Below are positions 41,179 to 50,103 of a DNA stretch of 64,000 nt, one piece after another (positions within the stretch are counted from its first letter, which is position 1; each line of letters begins with the position of its first letter). The notes under the pieces were generated by a model. That model was not told the DNA's origin. It ran no database searches and saw only the letters and a program-made list of their open reading frames with translations. A program made the position numbers and the translations under genes. The DNA comes from Pseudomonadota bacterium (lineage in GTDB: Bacteria; Myxococcota; JACRCW01; JAFGSX01). The stretch spans positions 96,001 through 160,000 of the forward strand of contig JBDRCO010000076.1 of assembly GCA_043821645.1 (NCBI GenBank). The letters run 5' to 3'.

Positions 41179-42357
41179 TCAGGGTGCGGGCTGGGGCTGT
41201 CCGCGGTAGGGATCCTCGAGGTACTTCCTGGCCAGCTTGGAGGCCTGTCGGTTCCAGGTCCGGCCCTCGTGATCGCGCGCCTCCTCGTATAGCAGGATCG
41301 CCTTGGCGCGTTCTCCCCGGAGATCGGCCAGCATGCCCTGCAGTAACGCGATGCGGGGTGTGCCGGTGAGCTGATCGAAGCGAGGATCCCTGCGCAAACC
41401 TCGCAGCACACCCTCCGCGTCGTCCAGACGGCCCAGGCACAAGAGCGCTTCGGCCTCGGCCAGGTGGGCATTGAGGGCGGTGGGTGCGTCGTAGTTGCGC
41501 ACTCCCTTCGCACTCTTTCCCACGGCCTGTCGCGCATGCTCCAGGGCTTGTGCCGCGTGGCTCGATGCGAGCAGCACGTTGGCGTGTTCCACGTCGAGAT
41601 ACGGATTGTCGGGAAAGCGCGCGATGAGCTGCGAGGACAGCTCCAGCCCACGCGCCGATCGTCCTGGCTCGAACAGGGTGTAGATGTTCGCCAGCAGCGA
41701 GGTGGCTCCCAAGCCGTGCAAGGTGCTGCGGGTCCTGGCGCGCTCGAGGGCCATCAAGCCCTGTTCGGTGCTGCCGCGGGGCACAAACCACAAGAAGTTC
41801 ATCCATTGCATGAAGCGGGGCAGCCGGCCCGCATAGTAGGCGTAGGCACCAAAGGGAAAGTAGAGGTCCTCGCAAGTAGGATCCACGGAGTTCGTGGTCT
41901 GGCACAGTGCTATGGCCCGCTCGAGGTGGTCACGACCTTTCTCGCCACGGCTTCCACCAGCGTAGAGATTGCCTCGCTGGGCCTCGAGCCGGCCCAGGTA
42001 GGTGTTGCACAGGCCCAGGTAGTGCAGCCCATCGACGCGCGTGGTGTCGACGTCAGCCAGGGGGAGCGCCTTCGCGATGCACTGTTGAAGGTGCAGGATG
42101 ATGCGAGCGTCGTACTCCGCATTGCTCAGGTCCGGGTTGATGCGCCAGAACAGCACGCTGGCCTGATAGAAATCGCCAGCCGGGTGGTTCGGGAACTGCT
42201 GCCCCAGCTCCCTGAGCTTGTGCTCGGCCACATCGTAGTCACCGGCGAAGGTCTGCTCGGTGATCTGATTCAGCAGCTCGCGCCCCGGAGGGGTCGCGGC
42301 TCGGGTGCTGGAAAGCGAGAGCAGCCCGAGGAGCAGTGCAGCGCTACAAAGCGTCAT
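41179..42357 (-). CDS. Secreted TPR-repeat protein
   Basis: Signal peptide, helical repeats (ARFPDNP); start inferred. Confidence 0.65.
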   Translation of the reverse strand: MTLCSAALLLGLLSLSSTRAATPPGRELLNQITEQTFAGDYDVAEHKLRELGQQFPNHPAGDFYQASVLFWRINPDLSNAEYDARIILHLQQCIAKALPLADVDTTRVDGLHYLGLCNTYLGRLEAQRGNLYAGGSRGEKGRDHLERAIALCQTTNSVDPTCEDLYFPFGAYAYYAGRLPRFMQWMNFLWFVPRGSTEQGLMALERARTRSTLHGLGATSLLANIYTLFEPGRSARGLELSSQLIARFPDNPYLDVEHANVLLASSHAAQALEHARQAVGKSAKGVRNYDAPTALNAHLAEAEALLCLGRLDDAEGVLRGLRRDPRFDQLTGTPRIALLQGMLADLRGERAKAILLYEEARDHEGRTWNRQASKLARKYLEDPYRGQPQPAP

Positions 42358-42370
42358 CGTGGGGACATGC

Positions 42371-44443
42371 TCACGGCAGCGGGAACAGGATGAGTCCCTT
42401 GAGCATCTGCTCGAGGCGCGGCACGGTCTCGATGCCGGTGGAGTTGGTCTCGCAGTAATGGTCTCCCGGCGCGTCGTCGACCCAGGGGTTGTCGGCCAGT
42501 TCAAAGCGCCACGGCGGCACCAGGTAGCCGATCTCGTCGTTGGCCAGGCCCACCATGAACTTGTACTTGCTGTCCGCCAGATCGAGCAGGTACGGCGGAC
42601 CGGGCGCCTTGCTGACGTCGGGTGGGTTCGGGTTGTTCGGACTCACGATGGAGTCCAGGCCGCCCGGGGTGTGGCTTCCGTCGTAGCCACCGATGGCCAG
42701 CTCAGGGAAGCCCTCGCCCGGCAGCGTGAGCAGGGTCACGGGTCCGATCTCGACCACAGCCACCTCGCTCATCAGGTGCGGCCGGTTGCCATCGTCAATG
42801 GGATCGTCGCGACGCCAGTCGTACACCTGGCGGTCGAACAGGCCACGCATGAGCGCGAAGTGAAAGATGACGTTGTCGACGGGGATCTTGAGCGCCTTGG
42901 CACGTACGGTGACACGACCGCGGACCACGGACTCGGCATCCTGCAGAGCGGCCAGAGCGACGGCGCCAATGTTTTGTCCGTAGGCCTCGGTGCGCGTAAA
43001 GGTCTTGGGGTTCTCGCGGCCCTCGGTGTTGCGGTACGGGTAGGCTGTGCCGTCGTAGCCCACGAAGTCGAACTTGTTGGGGCCCATCAGGCCGCCGACC
43101 ATGCCCTGCAGGTAGACACAGATCCCTCCGGCGCCCGGCAGGGCCGGACCACCGGGGCCTGCGGGCAGCCCATCCTCGACGGCACGGCGCAGGCCATCGG
43201 CGTAGTCCGACGAGACAAAGTTGTTCAGGCTGCCCAGGCTCTCGGGGTGGTTGGCCCAGGACACCAGGGTGCCGATGGGCACGTTGTCATCTCGCCCGAC
43301 GGCGCGGATCACCAGCATGCGGTCGTCGATGATGTTGGGATCCTCGTAGTCGCCGATGAAGCTCGTGTAGCCGGTCTTCGTCTCGGCCACCTCCAGCCGC
43401 GCGGGCGTCAGCTGGGCCACGGCCTCGGCCACGGCCTCGGTCGCCTGTTCGATGATGAAGGCGATGTGACCGGGCATGCAACCGGGGAGATCCGAGATGT
43501 CCGATGATACGGCAGGGTTCGCCATACCCCACTGGCCCATGGTGTCCGGGGCCTCGTGGGTGTGGGTGGAGCTGAGCAACACGTAGTCCACGTCCGCACC
43601 GCTCGCACGCAGCCGCTGCGTCACGGCCTCGCGCACCTTGACCACGTCGTCGTAGAAGAAGCCGATGGCGTCAAGCGACAGGATGGCCACGGTGGTGTCG
43701 CCGCTTTGCACCACGAAGGCGCGCACCCACAGCGGATCGTGAACACCCACTGCGGGTCTGTTGCTGTCGAAGCCGGCGATCCACATGCCCTGAAACTCAC
43801 CGTCTCCCTCGCCACTGTCCGGTCCGGGATAGGTCACATCCTCGCCATCCACGGCACCGTCGCCGTCGTTGTCGATGCCGTCGCTGGCCTCGGCGCCGGT
43901 TTCTGGCACGTTGCCCGGACACAGGCGATCCAGACCGCAGTCCAGGAAGAAGTCCATGACCCCGTCGCCCTCGGAGCGATCCGCGTCGGGGCCGGTGTAT
44001 TCGACGTCCTCGGCATCGGTGAGCCCGTCGCGATCGTTGTCGATACCGTCGCTGGCCTCGACGCCGCTCTCGAGGTTGGGGCCGATGTTGTCCGCGCAGA
44101 TCTGGTCCCTGCCGCAGTCGCGCTGGAAATTGAGGTGCAACATGCCGCAGCGGCGGATGCCGAAGAACTGCTGCATCTCTGGCAGGCACTCCGCGCTGTG
44201 TCTGTCCTCGAGGAAACCCGGTCTCGCGATCTCAAAACCCCTCGGGGTCACCTCGCGCTTGGCCACGCCCACATGAAGCGCGTCGTCCGACGACGGCGCA
44301 CAGGTCGGGCCGCCAGGGCAATACACGTCAGGGACCTGGGCCCCTGGGGGTAGGCCCGGCGGCGGCTGGCACGAGTCACAGGCCGTTCCGCACAGCAGCA
44401 CAGCCGCCAGGGTAGAGCCAAGACGCCAGGGAGCGCTGGACAT
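42371..44443 (-). CDS. Neutral/alkaline ceramidase-like lipoprotein
   Basis: VGVAKREVTP, GVHDPLWVRA, SSTHTHEAPD, WANHPE, SSDY, PGEGFPE, GLANDEIGY. Confidence 0.7.
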   Translation of the reverse strand: MSSAPWRLGSTLAAVLLCGTACDSCQPPPGLPPGAQVPDVYCPGGPTCAPSSDDALHVGVAKREVTPRGFEIARPGFLEDRHSAECLPEMQQFFGIRRCGMLHLNFQRDCGRDQICADNIGPNLESGVEASDGIDNDRDGLTDAEDVEYTGPDADRSEGDGVMDFFLDCGLDRLCPGNVPETGAEASDGIDNDGDGAVDGEDVTYPGPDSGEGDGEFQGMWIAGFDSNRPAVGVHDPLWVRAFVVQSGDTTVAILSLDAIGFFYDDVVKVREAVTQRLRASGADVDYVLLSSTHTHEAPDTMGQWGMANPAVSSDISDLPGCMPGHIAFIIEQATEAVAEAVAQLTPARLEVAETKTGYTSFIGDYEDPNIIDDRMLVIRAVGRDDNVPIGTLVSWANHPESLGSLNNFVSSDYADGLRRAVEDGLPAGPGGPALPGAGGICVYLQGMVGGLMGPNKFDFVGYDGTAYPYRNTEGRENPKTFTRTEAYGQNIGAVALAALQDAESVVRGRVTVRAKALKIPVDNVIFHFALMRGLFDRQVYDWRRDDPIDDGNRPHLMSEVAVVEIGPVTLLTLPGEGFPELAIGGYDGSHTPGGLDSIVSPNNPNPPDVSKAPGPPYLLDLADSKYKFMVGLANDEIGYLVPPWRFELADNPWVDDAPGDHYCETNSTGIETVPRLEQMLKGLILFPLP

Positions 44444-44480
44444 GGCAGACCTCGTCATCTGGGCAGGCCGGGCAGGGTGG

Positions 44481-45695
44481 TCAGGCGTCTTCGGCAGATG
44501 CGTCTTCGGTGCTTGCATCCTCGACGCCAGCGTCGGAGGTGGTCGTCGCATCCGAGGTCGTCATCGCATCGGCCGCGGTCGTGGCGTCCTCGGTGGTCAT
44601 CGTATCGGCGGTCGTTGCATCCGTAGCAGTCGTTGCGTCAGGGGTGGTCATCGCATCAGGAGAGACTGTCGCATCGGTGCTGGTGGCGCTGTCCGGCAAA
44701 CCCGCATCGACGGCTCCGGTGACTGGCGGCAGACCGTGCGGCGTGTAGATCGTGACCGCATCGGGGAACACGTAGATCTTGGCGCTGCCGAGCTTGCGCG
44801 TGGTGGAACCGTCCTTGTACCAGGCCTCGACCAGTTGCTGGCCGGGTTCCACGTTGAGGTAGGCATAGGTACCGCAAGGGCCCGACGCGGTGCGTGAGCG
44901 ATCTGGCTGATCGCAATCCGTACCGATGGTGTAGATGAGCCGGGTCTGGCTATCCATGCAGGGGCTGGACACCACGACGTTTTCGAGCACCTTCTCGTCA
45001 CAATCCTGGACCTCGCCAGCGATCACGCCGCGGCCGACGCCGTCGCTGATGTCATCCATACCTTGCACCGGGCGACTGGCCAGGGTGGGCAGGGACTGGT
45101 AGGTGGCCGAGTAGATGACATTGGCCTCAAAGAACACGTATTCGCCACCCAAGATCTCGATCTTTGCAGGATCCAGCATCACGTTGTACTGGTACGAATC
45201 CACCACCACCATCGAGGCACTGCGCTGGGAGTCGTAGACCTTGACCAGCAGCGGTGTCGAGGTCGGCACACCCTCGACGCGGTAGTAGGCGCCCTTGGGA
45301 CAGTTGATGGCCTCGAGGGTGGTCGTCTCCACCGCCGCCTCGCCGTAGGCTGGCGATTCGGTTGCAGGGTTCTGGTCCATGTCAAAGACCGCGACCTTGA
45401 GGGTGGTGGCGACGATGCGCTCACCCACACCGAAAACGTCGAGGCAGCCACCCATCGCGACGGTGGTGCTCTCGGCCCAGACCTCGGCCGTGGTCACGCA
45501 GGCGAGCTGGGGTGCGGTGCCGTTCTCGCGCTCGGGGGCGGTGGCCGCGGTCGGGGTGGTGTAGGGATCGTCGATACTGCAGCCCGCGTCCGTGCTGACG
45601 ATGCCTCCGTCATTCTTGGGACGGTTCTCACCCGGGCAACCCGCAAGGGCGACGGCCATCGGGAGCACGAAGACGCTAGATCTGAGCAGTGTCAT
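44481..45695 (-). CDS. Lipoprotein with beta-sandwich-like domains and acidic Thr-rich tail
   Basis: Lipobox LAGC; C-terminal DA(T/M)TT repeats. Confidence 0.7.
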   Translation of the reverse strand: MTLLRSSVFVLPMAVALAGCPGENRPKNDGGIVSTDAGCSIDDPYTTPTAATAPERENGTAPQLACVTTAEVWAESTTVAMGGCLDVFGVGERIVATTLKVAVFDMDQNPATESPAYGEAAVETTTLEAINCPKGAYYRVEGVPTSTPLLVKVYDSQRSASMVVVDSYQYNVMLDPAKIEILGGEYVFFEANVIYSATYQSLPTLASRPVQGMDDISDGVGRGVIAGEVQDCDEKVLENVVVSSPCMDSQTRLIYTIGTDCDQPDRSRTASGPCGTYAYLNVEPGQQLVEAWYKDGSTTRKLGSAKIYVFPDAVTIYTPHGLPPVTGAVDAGLPDSATSTDATVSPDAMTTPDATTATDATTADTMTTEDATTAADAMTTSDATTTSDAGVEDASTEDASAEDA

Positions 45696-45801
45696 GAGAA
45701 CGATCCTCCTTGCACAGGCAATGACATGTCGTGATGGCGAGCGAGTCCCCCGGGACAAGCGACGTGATTGCGTCGAAACCTAGCGGTCTGGCCCTCGGCC
45801 G

Positions 45802-46224
45802 TCAACGTCCGCGCCGCTTCGAGGCTGCCCTCGCGCGCTCGACGGCTTGCTCCACGCTCAGCGAGGGATCTCCGCCGCGTACCGCAGCCGGGCTCAGGGG
45901 CGGAGCGCCGCGGGGAACGGGGCCGGTGACCAGCTTCACCTTGCTCAGGGGGACGTCGAGCTGCTGGTTGAGCCGCTCGAGGATGTCGGGGAGCAAGTAG
46001 TGCAGCTCGGCTCGCCAGGTCGAACCGTCCACACGCACCGTCAAGGTGCCCTGGCGAAGGTGCACGGCCTCGGTCACCGTGGCGAGGGTGGTGCCCACGA
46101 CCCTTGGCCACAGCGCCATGGCCAGGTGTTCGCGCACACCCTGGTAAAGGCCCTGACGGCGCAGCACGCGATCGAGCGCAGAGGCCGCGGGTTCGGCGTG
46201 AGGCTGACGTGGTCGGCGGGTCAA
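45802..46224 (-). CDS. DUF721 / DciA-like helicase loader
   Basis: WPRVVG..LA..T......GTL.VRV..STWRAEL....ILERLN; TTG start after GAGG inferred. Confidence 0.75.
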   Translation of the reverse strand: MTRRPRQPHAEPAASALDRVLRRQGLYQGVREHLAMALWPRVVGTTLATVTEAVHLRQGTLTVRVDGSTWRAELHYLLPDILERLNQQLDVPLSKVKLVTGPVPRGAPPLSPAAVRGGDPSLSVEQAVERARAASKRRGR

Positions 46225-46299
46225 GCAAAGCACCTCTCGTGGAACGGCTTTCGCGCACATAATCCTGACGCGTGCCCACAAACAATCTATATTTGTCGA

Positions 46300-46680
46300 G
46301 TGAACTCGTCTCAGGATAACAGCAATCGTCGGCTCTGGCCTCGCGTCGAGCTCGACGCCAGGGTGGTCATCTCCTTCACATCCGTCGAGGAAGCGGTCTC
46401 GGGCCCCCTGGTGAACCTGAGCGAGGGTGGCGCCTACATTCGCACCACCAAGACCAAGCCCATCGGCACGCACCTGTGGCTGCGCATCGCCGTGGAGGAC
46501 GAGAAACTCATCATCGAGGCCCAGGGCACGGTGGCCCGGGTCATCTCCATCGAGGCGGCAGATCTTCACGGTGTGGTGCCTGGCATGGGTATCCGGTTCA
46601 CCAACCTGGGGAGCAAGGACCGGGAGGCCATCCGGCAGCTCGTCTCGGCGATTCTTGCGGTGGCGCGGAGAGGTGCGTGA
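46300..46680 (+). CDS. PilZ domain protein (myxobacterial TIGR02266-like)
   Basis: RLWPR (RxxxR), NLSEGG, GMGIRF. Confidence 0.82.
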   Translation: MNSSQDNSNRRLWPRVELDARVVISFTSVEEAVSGPLVNLSEGGAYIRTTKTKPIGTHLWLRIAVEDEKLIIEAQGTVARVISIEAADLHGVVPGMGIRFTNLGSKDREAIRQLVSAILAVARRGA

Positions 46681-47528
46681 ACACGAGCCCGAAGGGGCGT
46701 CGCCGCAGTGTCTCGACGCGCGAGGACCTCGACGCAGGCGAGGCCGGGTCCGCCCCCAAACAGGATGAGGCGGTCCAGGCAGCGGCAGAGCTGCTGGGTC
46801 GCACGCAGCGCGCCTATGCGCTGACCGGCGCCGGTATCAGTGCGGCCTCGGGGATCCCCGACTTCCGTGGTGCGTCGGGGTTGTGGCAGCGCTTTCCGCC
46901 GGCAGAGTTCTCCACCATCGATGCTTTCGTCAGCGACCCGGACAAGGTGTGGCGAATGCTCCGTGAGGTGGGCGCGATCTGCCAGGCCGCCACTCCCAAT
47001 GCGGGGCACCGCGCCCTGGTTGCTCTGCAGAAGCGGCGCCTGCTGCGAGGCGTGATCACGCAGAACATTGATGGCTTGCACCAGGCTGCAGGCAGCCGCT
47101 CGGTGGTCGAGTACCACGGCAGCTCGCGGCGTCTGCATTGCCTGGGTTGTGGCGCCGAGTTTGCGCTGTGGCGGCGTGCTCGCGCGATCGCCCGCGGTCA
47201 GACTCCCCGCTGTTCGTGTGGCAATGCGCTCAAGCCGACGGTGGTGCTCTTCGGCGAGATGCTACCGCCCCAGGCCCTGCGCCAGGCGGAACAATGGATG
47301 GAGGATGCCGAGGTCTTGCTGGTGGTAGGGACCAGCGCCAACGTGGCGCCCGCGAGCGAACTCCCGCTGCTCGCCAAGGCCGCTGGTGCCCTCGTCATCG
47401 AGTTCAATCTCGAGGCCACCGCGCTGACCGAGGTGGTGACCGACATCTTCGTGCAGGGCCCCAGCGAGCAGAGCTTGCCGCTGTTGGTGGCAGCCCTGAG
47501 CAGGCCCGGGTGGCGCGCCGGTCGCTGA
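46677..47528 (+). CDS. cobB: NAD-dependent protein deacylase (sirtuin)
   Basis: TGAGISAASGIPDFRG, TQNIDGLH, HGS, Cys zinc site, VGTS; GTGA overlap with the PilZ gene. Confidence 0.9.
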   Translation: MNTSPKGRRRSVSTREDLDAGEAGSAPKQDEAVQAAAELLGRTQRAYALTGAGISAASGIPDFRGASGLWQRFPPAEFSTIDAFVSDPDKVWRMLREVGAICQAATPNAGHRALVALQKRRLLRGVITQNIDGLHQAAGSRSVVEYHGSSRRLHCLGCGAEFALWRRARAIARGQTPRCSCGNALKPTVVLFGEMLPPQALRQAEQWMEDAEVLLVVGTSANVAPASELPLLAKAAGALVIEFNLEATALTEVVTDIFVQGPSEQSLPLLVAALSRPGWRAGR

Positions 47529-47653
47529 GAAAATCGTCCACGACGCGGTGCGGCTTGATATGTGCCACCTATTTGTATTAGTGAATCATCCCCGTTTGAC
47601 CCCAGCTCGCGCGGGCGAGAACCTCGACGAGCACCTGGCGAAGGAGAGCTTGA

Positions 47654-50023
47654 ATGACACGGAATAGGAATCATGGATCTTGGATCCTGGCGCTCTGCGT
47701 CGGGGCGATGAGCTGGACCGTGGCGGGTTGTCCGCCGCCGCCGGTGACCAATGACGCGGGTCCCTCGGACGAATGCGAGGTTCCGCGTGATTGCGGCGCA
47801 GGTTCCGACTGCGTCATGGGTGCCGACGGCTATCGCATCTGCATCAAGCTCTTTTGCACCACGGACACGGACTGCAACGTGGCGGCGGGTGAGCACTGCG
47901 ATCAGCGCCGCGGGCTCTGCCTGGGCGATACCTGTCGTGACAACAACCAGTGCCAGGGCGGCAACGTCTGCCTCGGCGGCTCCTGCCAGGCCGCGCCTCC
48001 AGGTGCCGACTCGTGCCAGATCTCGCCTGCGGCCGCCGTGGTGCGGGGCGGCGCCACGGCCAATCTCGGCGTCACCGGCTTCCTGAACTCCGGCGCTCTG
48101 GCCGCTCTGGCGACCTTCACCTGGTCGTCCAGCGATGACAGCTGTGTCACGGTCAGCAGCGCAGGTGTGGCCAACGGAGCAGGCGCCTCGACCTGCACAG
48201 CCACCTTGACCGCGACCCCGGTGGGTGGCGGTACCGCCTGCACGGCCACGGTCACCAACTTCCCCGCGGTGACCTTGCCGACCCTGCGCGCCCTGGTGCT
48301 CGAGGAGTTTGCAGGCACGCCGGTGCAAGGCGCCAAGCTGCTGGTGCGCACCGATGACGGCGCCGGCGGAGCGGTCACCGTGCTCACCACCGTCGACACC
48401 GATGCCCAGGGCGTGGCTACCATCGCCGACGTGGGTGTCACCCAGGCCAGTCACCTCCTCGACGCATCCATCTTCCACCAGGGCTACCACTACATGACCG
48501 TGGTGCGTCCAGGCAGCAGCGATCTGGCCTTCTTCCTGCGCAAGGTCCCCGACGCCACCAAGATGGCCGGCGTCAAGGGCACCTTCGACTTCAGTCAGGT
48601 GCACACGCGTGGCGACATCAGCCTCGGCATCGCCGGCATGTCGATCCCCGGTAGCTTGACCGACCTCGACTTCATGTTGCTTCTCGGTGAGACCGTGCCC
48701 CGCGACATCAACCTCGAGGGCGTGGGCAACTTCGAGGACGTGCCGCTTCCCTCGGGCCTGTTCATGAAGGTCGGCGCCGCGGACATCAAGGCCGACTTCC
48801 AGGCCTTTGGCGAGCCTGGCAAGCGCATCCTGTGGGGCCTCGGCGGCAAGGTCAGACTGGCCGAGATCGGACCCATCATCAGCGAGGTGGCGGGTGGCAG
48901 TGGCGAGCTCGACATCGGCGGCATCCTGGCCGCAGTGCTGCCCTACTTCGGTACCTTCGACCATGCCGTGGCTGGCAACATCGACCTGCCCCTCGTCAAT
49001 CGTCCTACCACCGGCGAGCCAGGCAACTGGGACTTCGGGACTGACAGCCAAACCCTCGGCATCGATACCCTGCTGTCACAGTCCGCGGCCTACACCATCC
49101 CGACCCTGCCGCGCAGCCCGGTGTCCGATGCCTTCATCGACGGCGCCATCGTGCTCATGGGCGTCATTGTCCCCGGACAGGGCACGGTGCCTCTGGGGCT
49201 CACCGCCGGTCTCGATGCTCCCGAGGACACGGATGTTGCCGACGGTGTGGTGGACCCGACGCCTTGCCCGGAGAACAACCCCGGTTGCGTGAGGCCGCCT
49301 CGCGGCCAGGTCATCGTCGACTTCGCGCCACCCCACAGCGGCATGGAGGGTTCGCCCTACATCACCATGGTCATGGCCCTCGGCCTGGATGCCATCGGTG
49401 AAGCGCAGTTCACCTCCATCCTGGTCAACATCGCCGACAGCGTGTCGGGTTCGGGTGCCAACACCTTCGCGGCCGGCGCCTTCCTCCCCGTGATCAGCGG
49501 CGCGACCTACGTGCGCGGCCTGAGCTTCGCGCAGAACGCCAACGTGACCGGCGCGGATTTCTATCGCCTGCACCTCGATGCGGCGGACAAGGGCTGGGAT
49601 ATCTACTTCGACGACGCGGTGGCTGGCCTTTCGCTCCCGACCCCGCCGACCGGCATGGAAGCCCGCAACAACAATGCGGACGTCCAGGTCTTCAAGACCT
49701 TCTCGGGGAGCATCGGTGTGCGCGAGCTGTTCGAGTTCAACGGCACCAACGTCAGCGACCTGCTGTACCTGACCGCGGGATTCTCGACCATGGAGTGCAC
49801 GACCATCGAGCAGCCGCAGCAGGGCAACTGCAACGCCGACGACGGCTACACGCTGGATGCCGCCAGTGGCCTGTGTGTGGGTGGCCCCAGCGACATCACT
49901 GCCTTTGGCGCTGGCACGGCCAGCCCCTGCAGCGGCCAGACCGGCTACGAGCCCGTGTTCACCGCCGGGGCAGGTTCTGCAGGAATCTGCGCGCGCACTC
50001 CCTCGTGTCGCCAGGAGAACTGA
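47654..50023 (+). CDS. Large Cys-rich lipoprotein with Ig-like domains
   Basis: Lipobox VAGC; three C..D.DC-type modules; WSSSD...VTVSS.G Ig-like motif; AAGGAG SD. Confidence 0.75.
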   Translation: MTRNRNHGSWILALCVGAMSWTVAGCPPPPVTNDAGPSDECEVPRDCGAGSDCVMGADGYRICIKLFCTTDTDCNVAAGEHCDQRRGLCLGDTCRDNNQCQGGNVCLGGSCQAAPPGADSCQISPAAAVVRGGATANLGVTGFLNSGALAALATFTWSSSDDSCVTVSSAGVANGAGASTCTATLTATPVGGGTACTATVTNFPAVTLPTLRALVLEEFAGTPVQGAKLLVRTDDGAGGAVTVLTTVDTDAQGVATIADVGVTQASHLLDASIFHQGYHYMTVVRPGSSDLAFFLRKVPDATKMAGVKGTFDFSQVHTRGDISLGIAGMSIPGSLTDLDFMLLLGETVPRDINLEGVGNFEDVPLPSGLFMKVGAADIKADFQAFGEPGKRILWGLGGKVRLAEIGPIISEVAGGSGELDIGGILAAVLPYFGTFDHAVAGNIDLPLVNRPTTGEPGNWDFGTDSQTLGIDTLLSQSAAYTIPTLPRSPVSDAFIDGAIVLMGVIVPGQGTVPLGLTAGLDAPEDTDVADGVVDPTPCPENNPGCVRPPRGQVIVDFAPPHSGMEGSPYITMVMALGLDAIGEAQFTSILVNIADSVSGSGANTFAAGAFLPVISGATYVRGLSFAQNANVTGADFYRLHLDAADKGWDIYFDDAVAGLSLPTPPTGMEARNNNADVQVFKTFSGSIGVRELFEFNGTNVSDLLYLTAGFSTMECTTIEQPQQGNCNADDGYTLDAASGLCVGGPSDITAFGAGTASPCSGQTGYEPVFTAGAGSAGICARTPSCRQEN

Positions 50024-50103
50024 TCTCCGGCACCCCTGGCTCCCGTCGTCCTTTCGCGACATGATCCCGGCATGACACCCACCTGCCCGCGCAGGGGCGC
50101 GGC

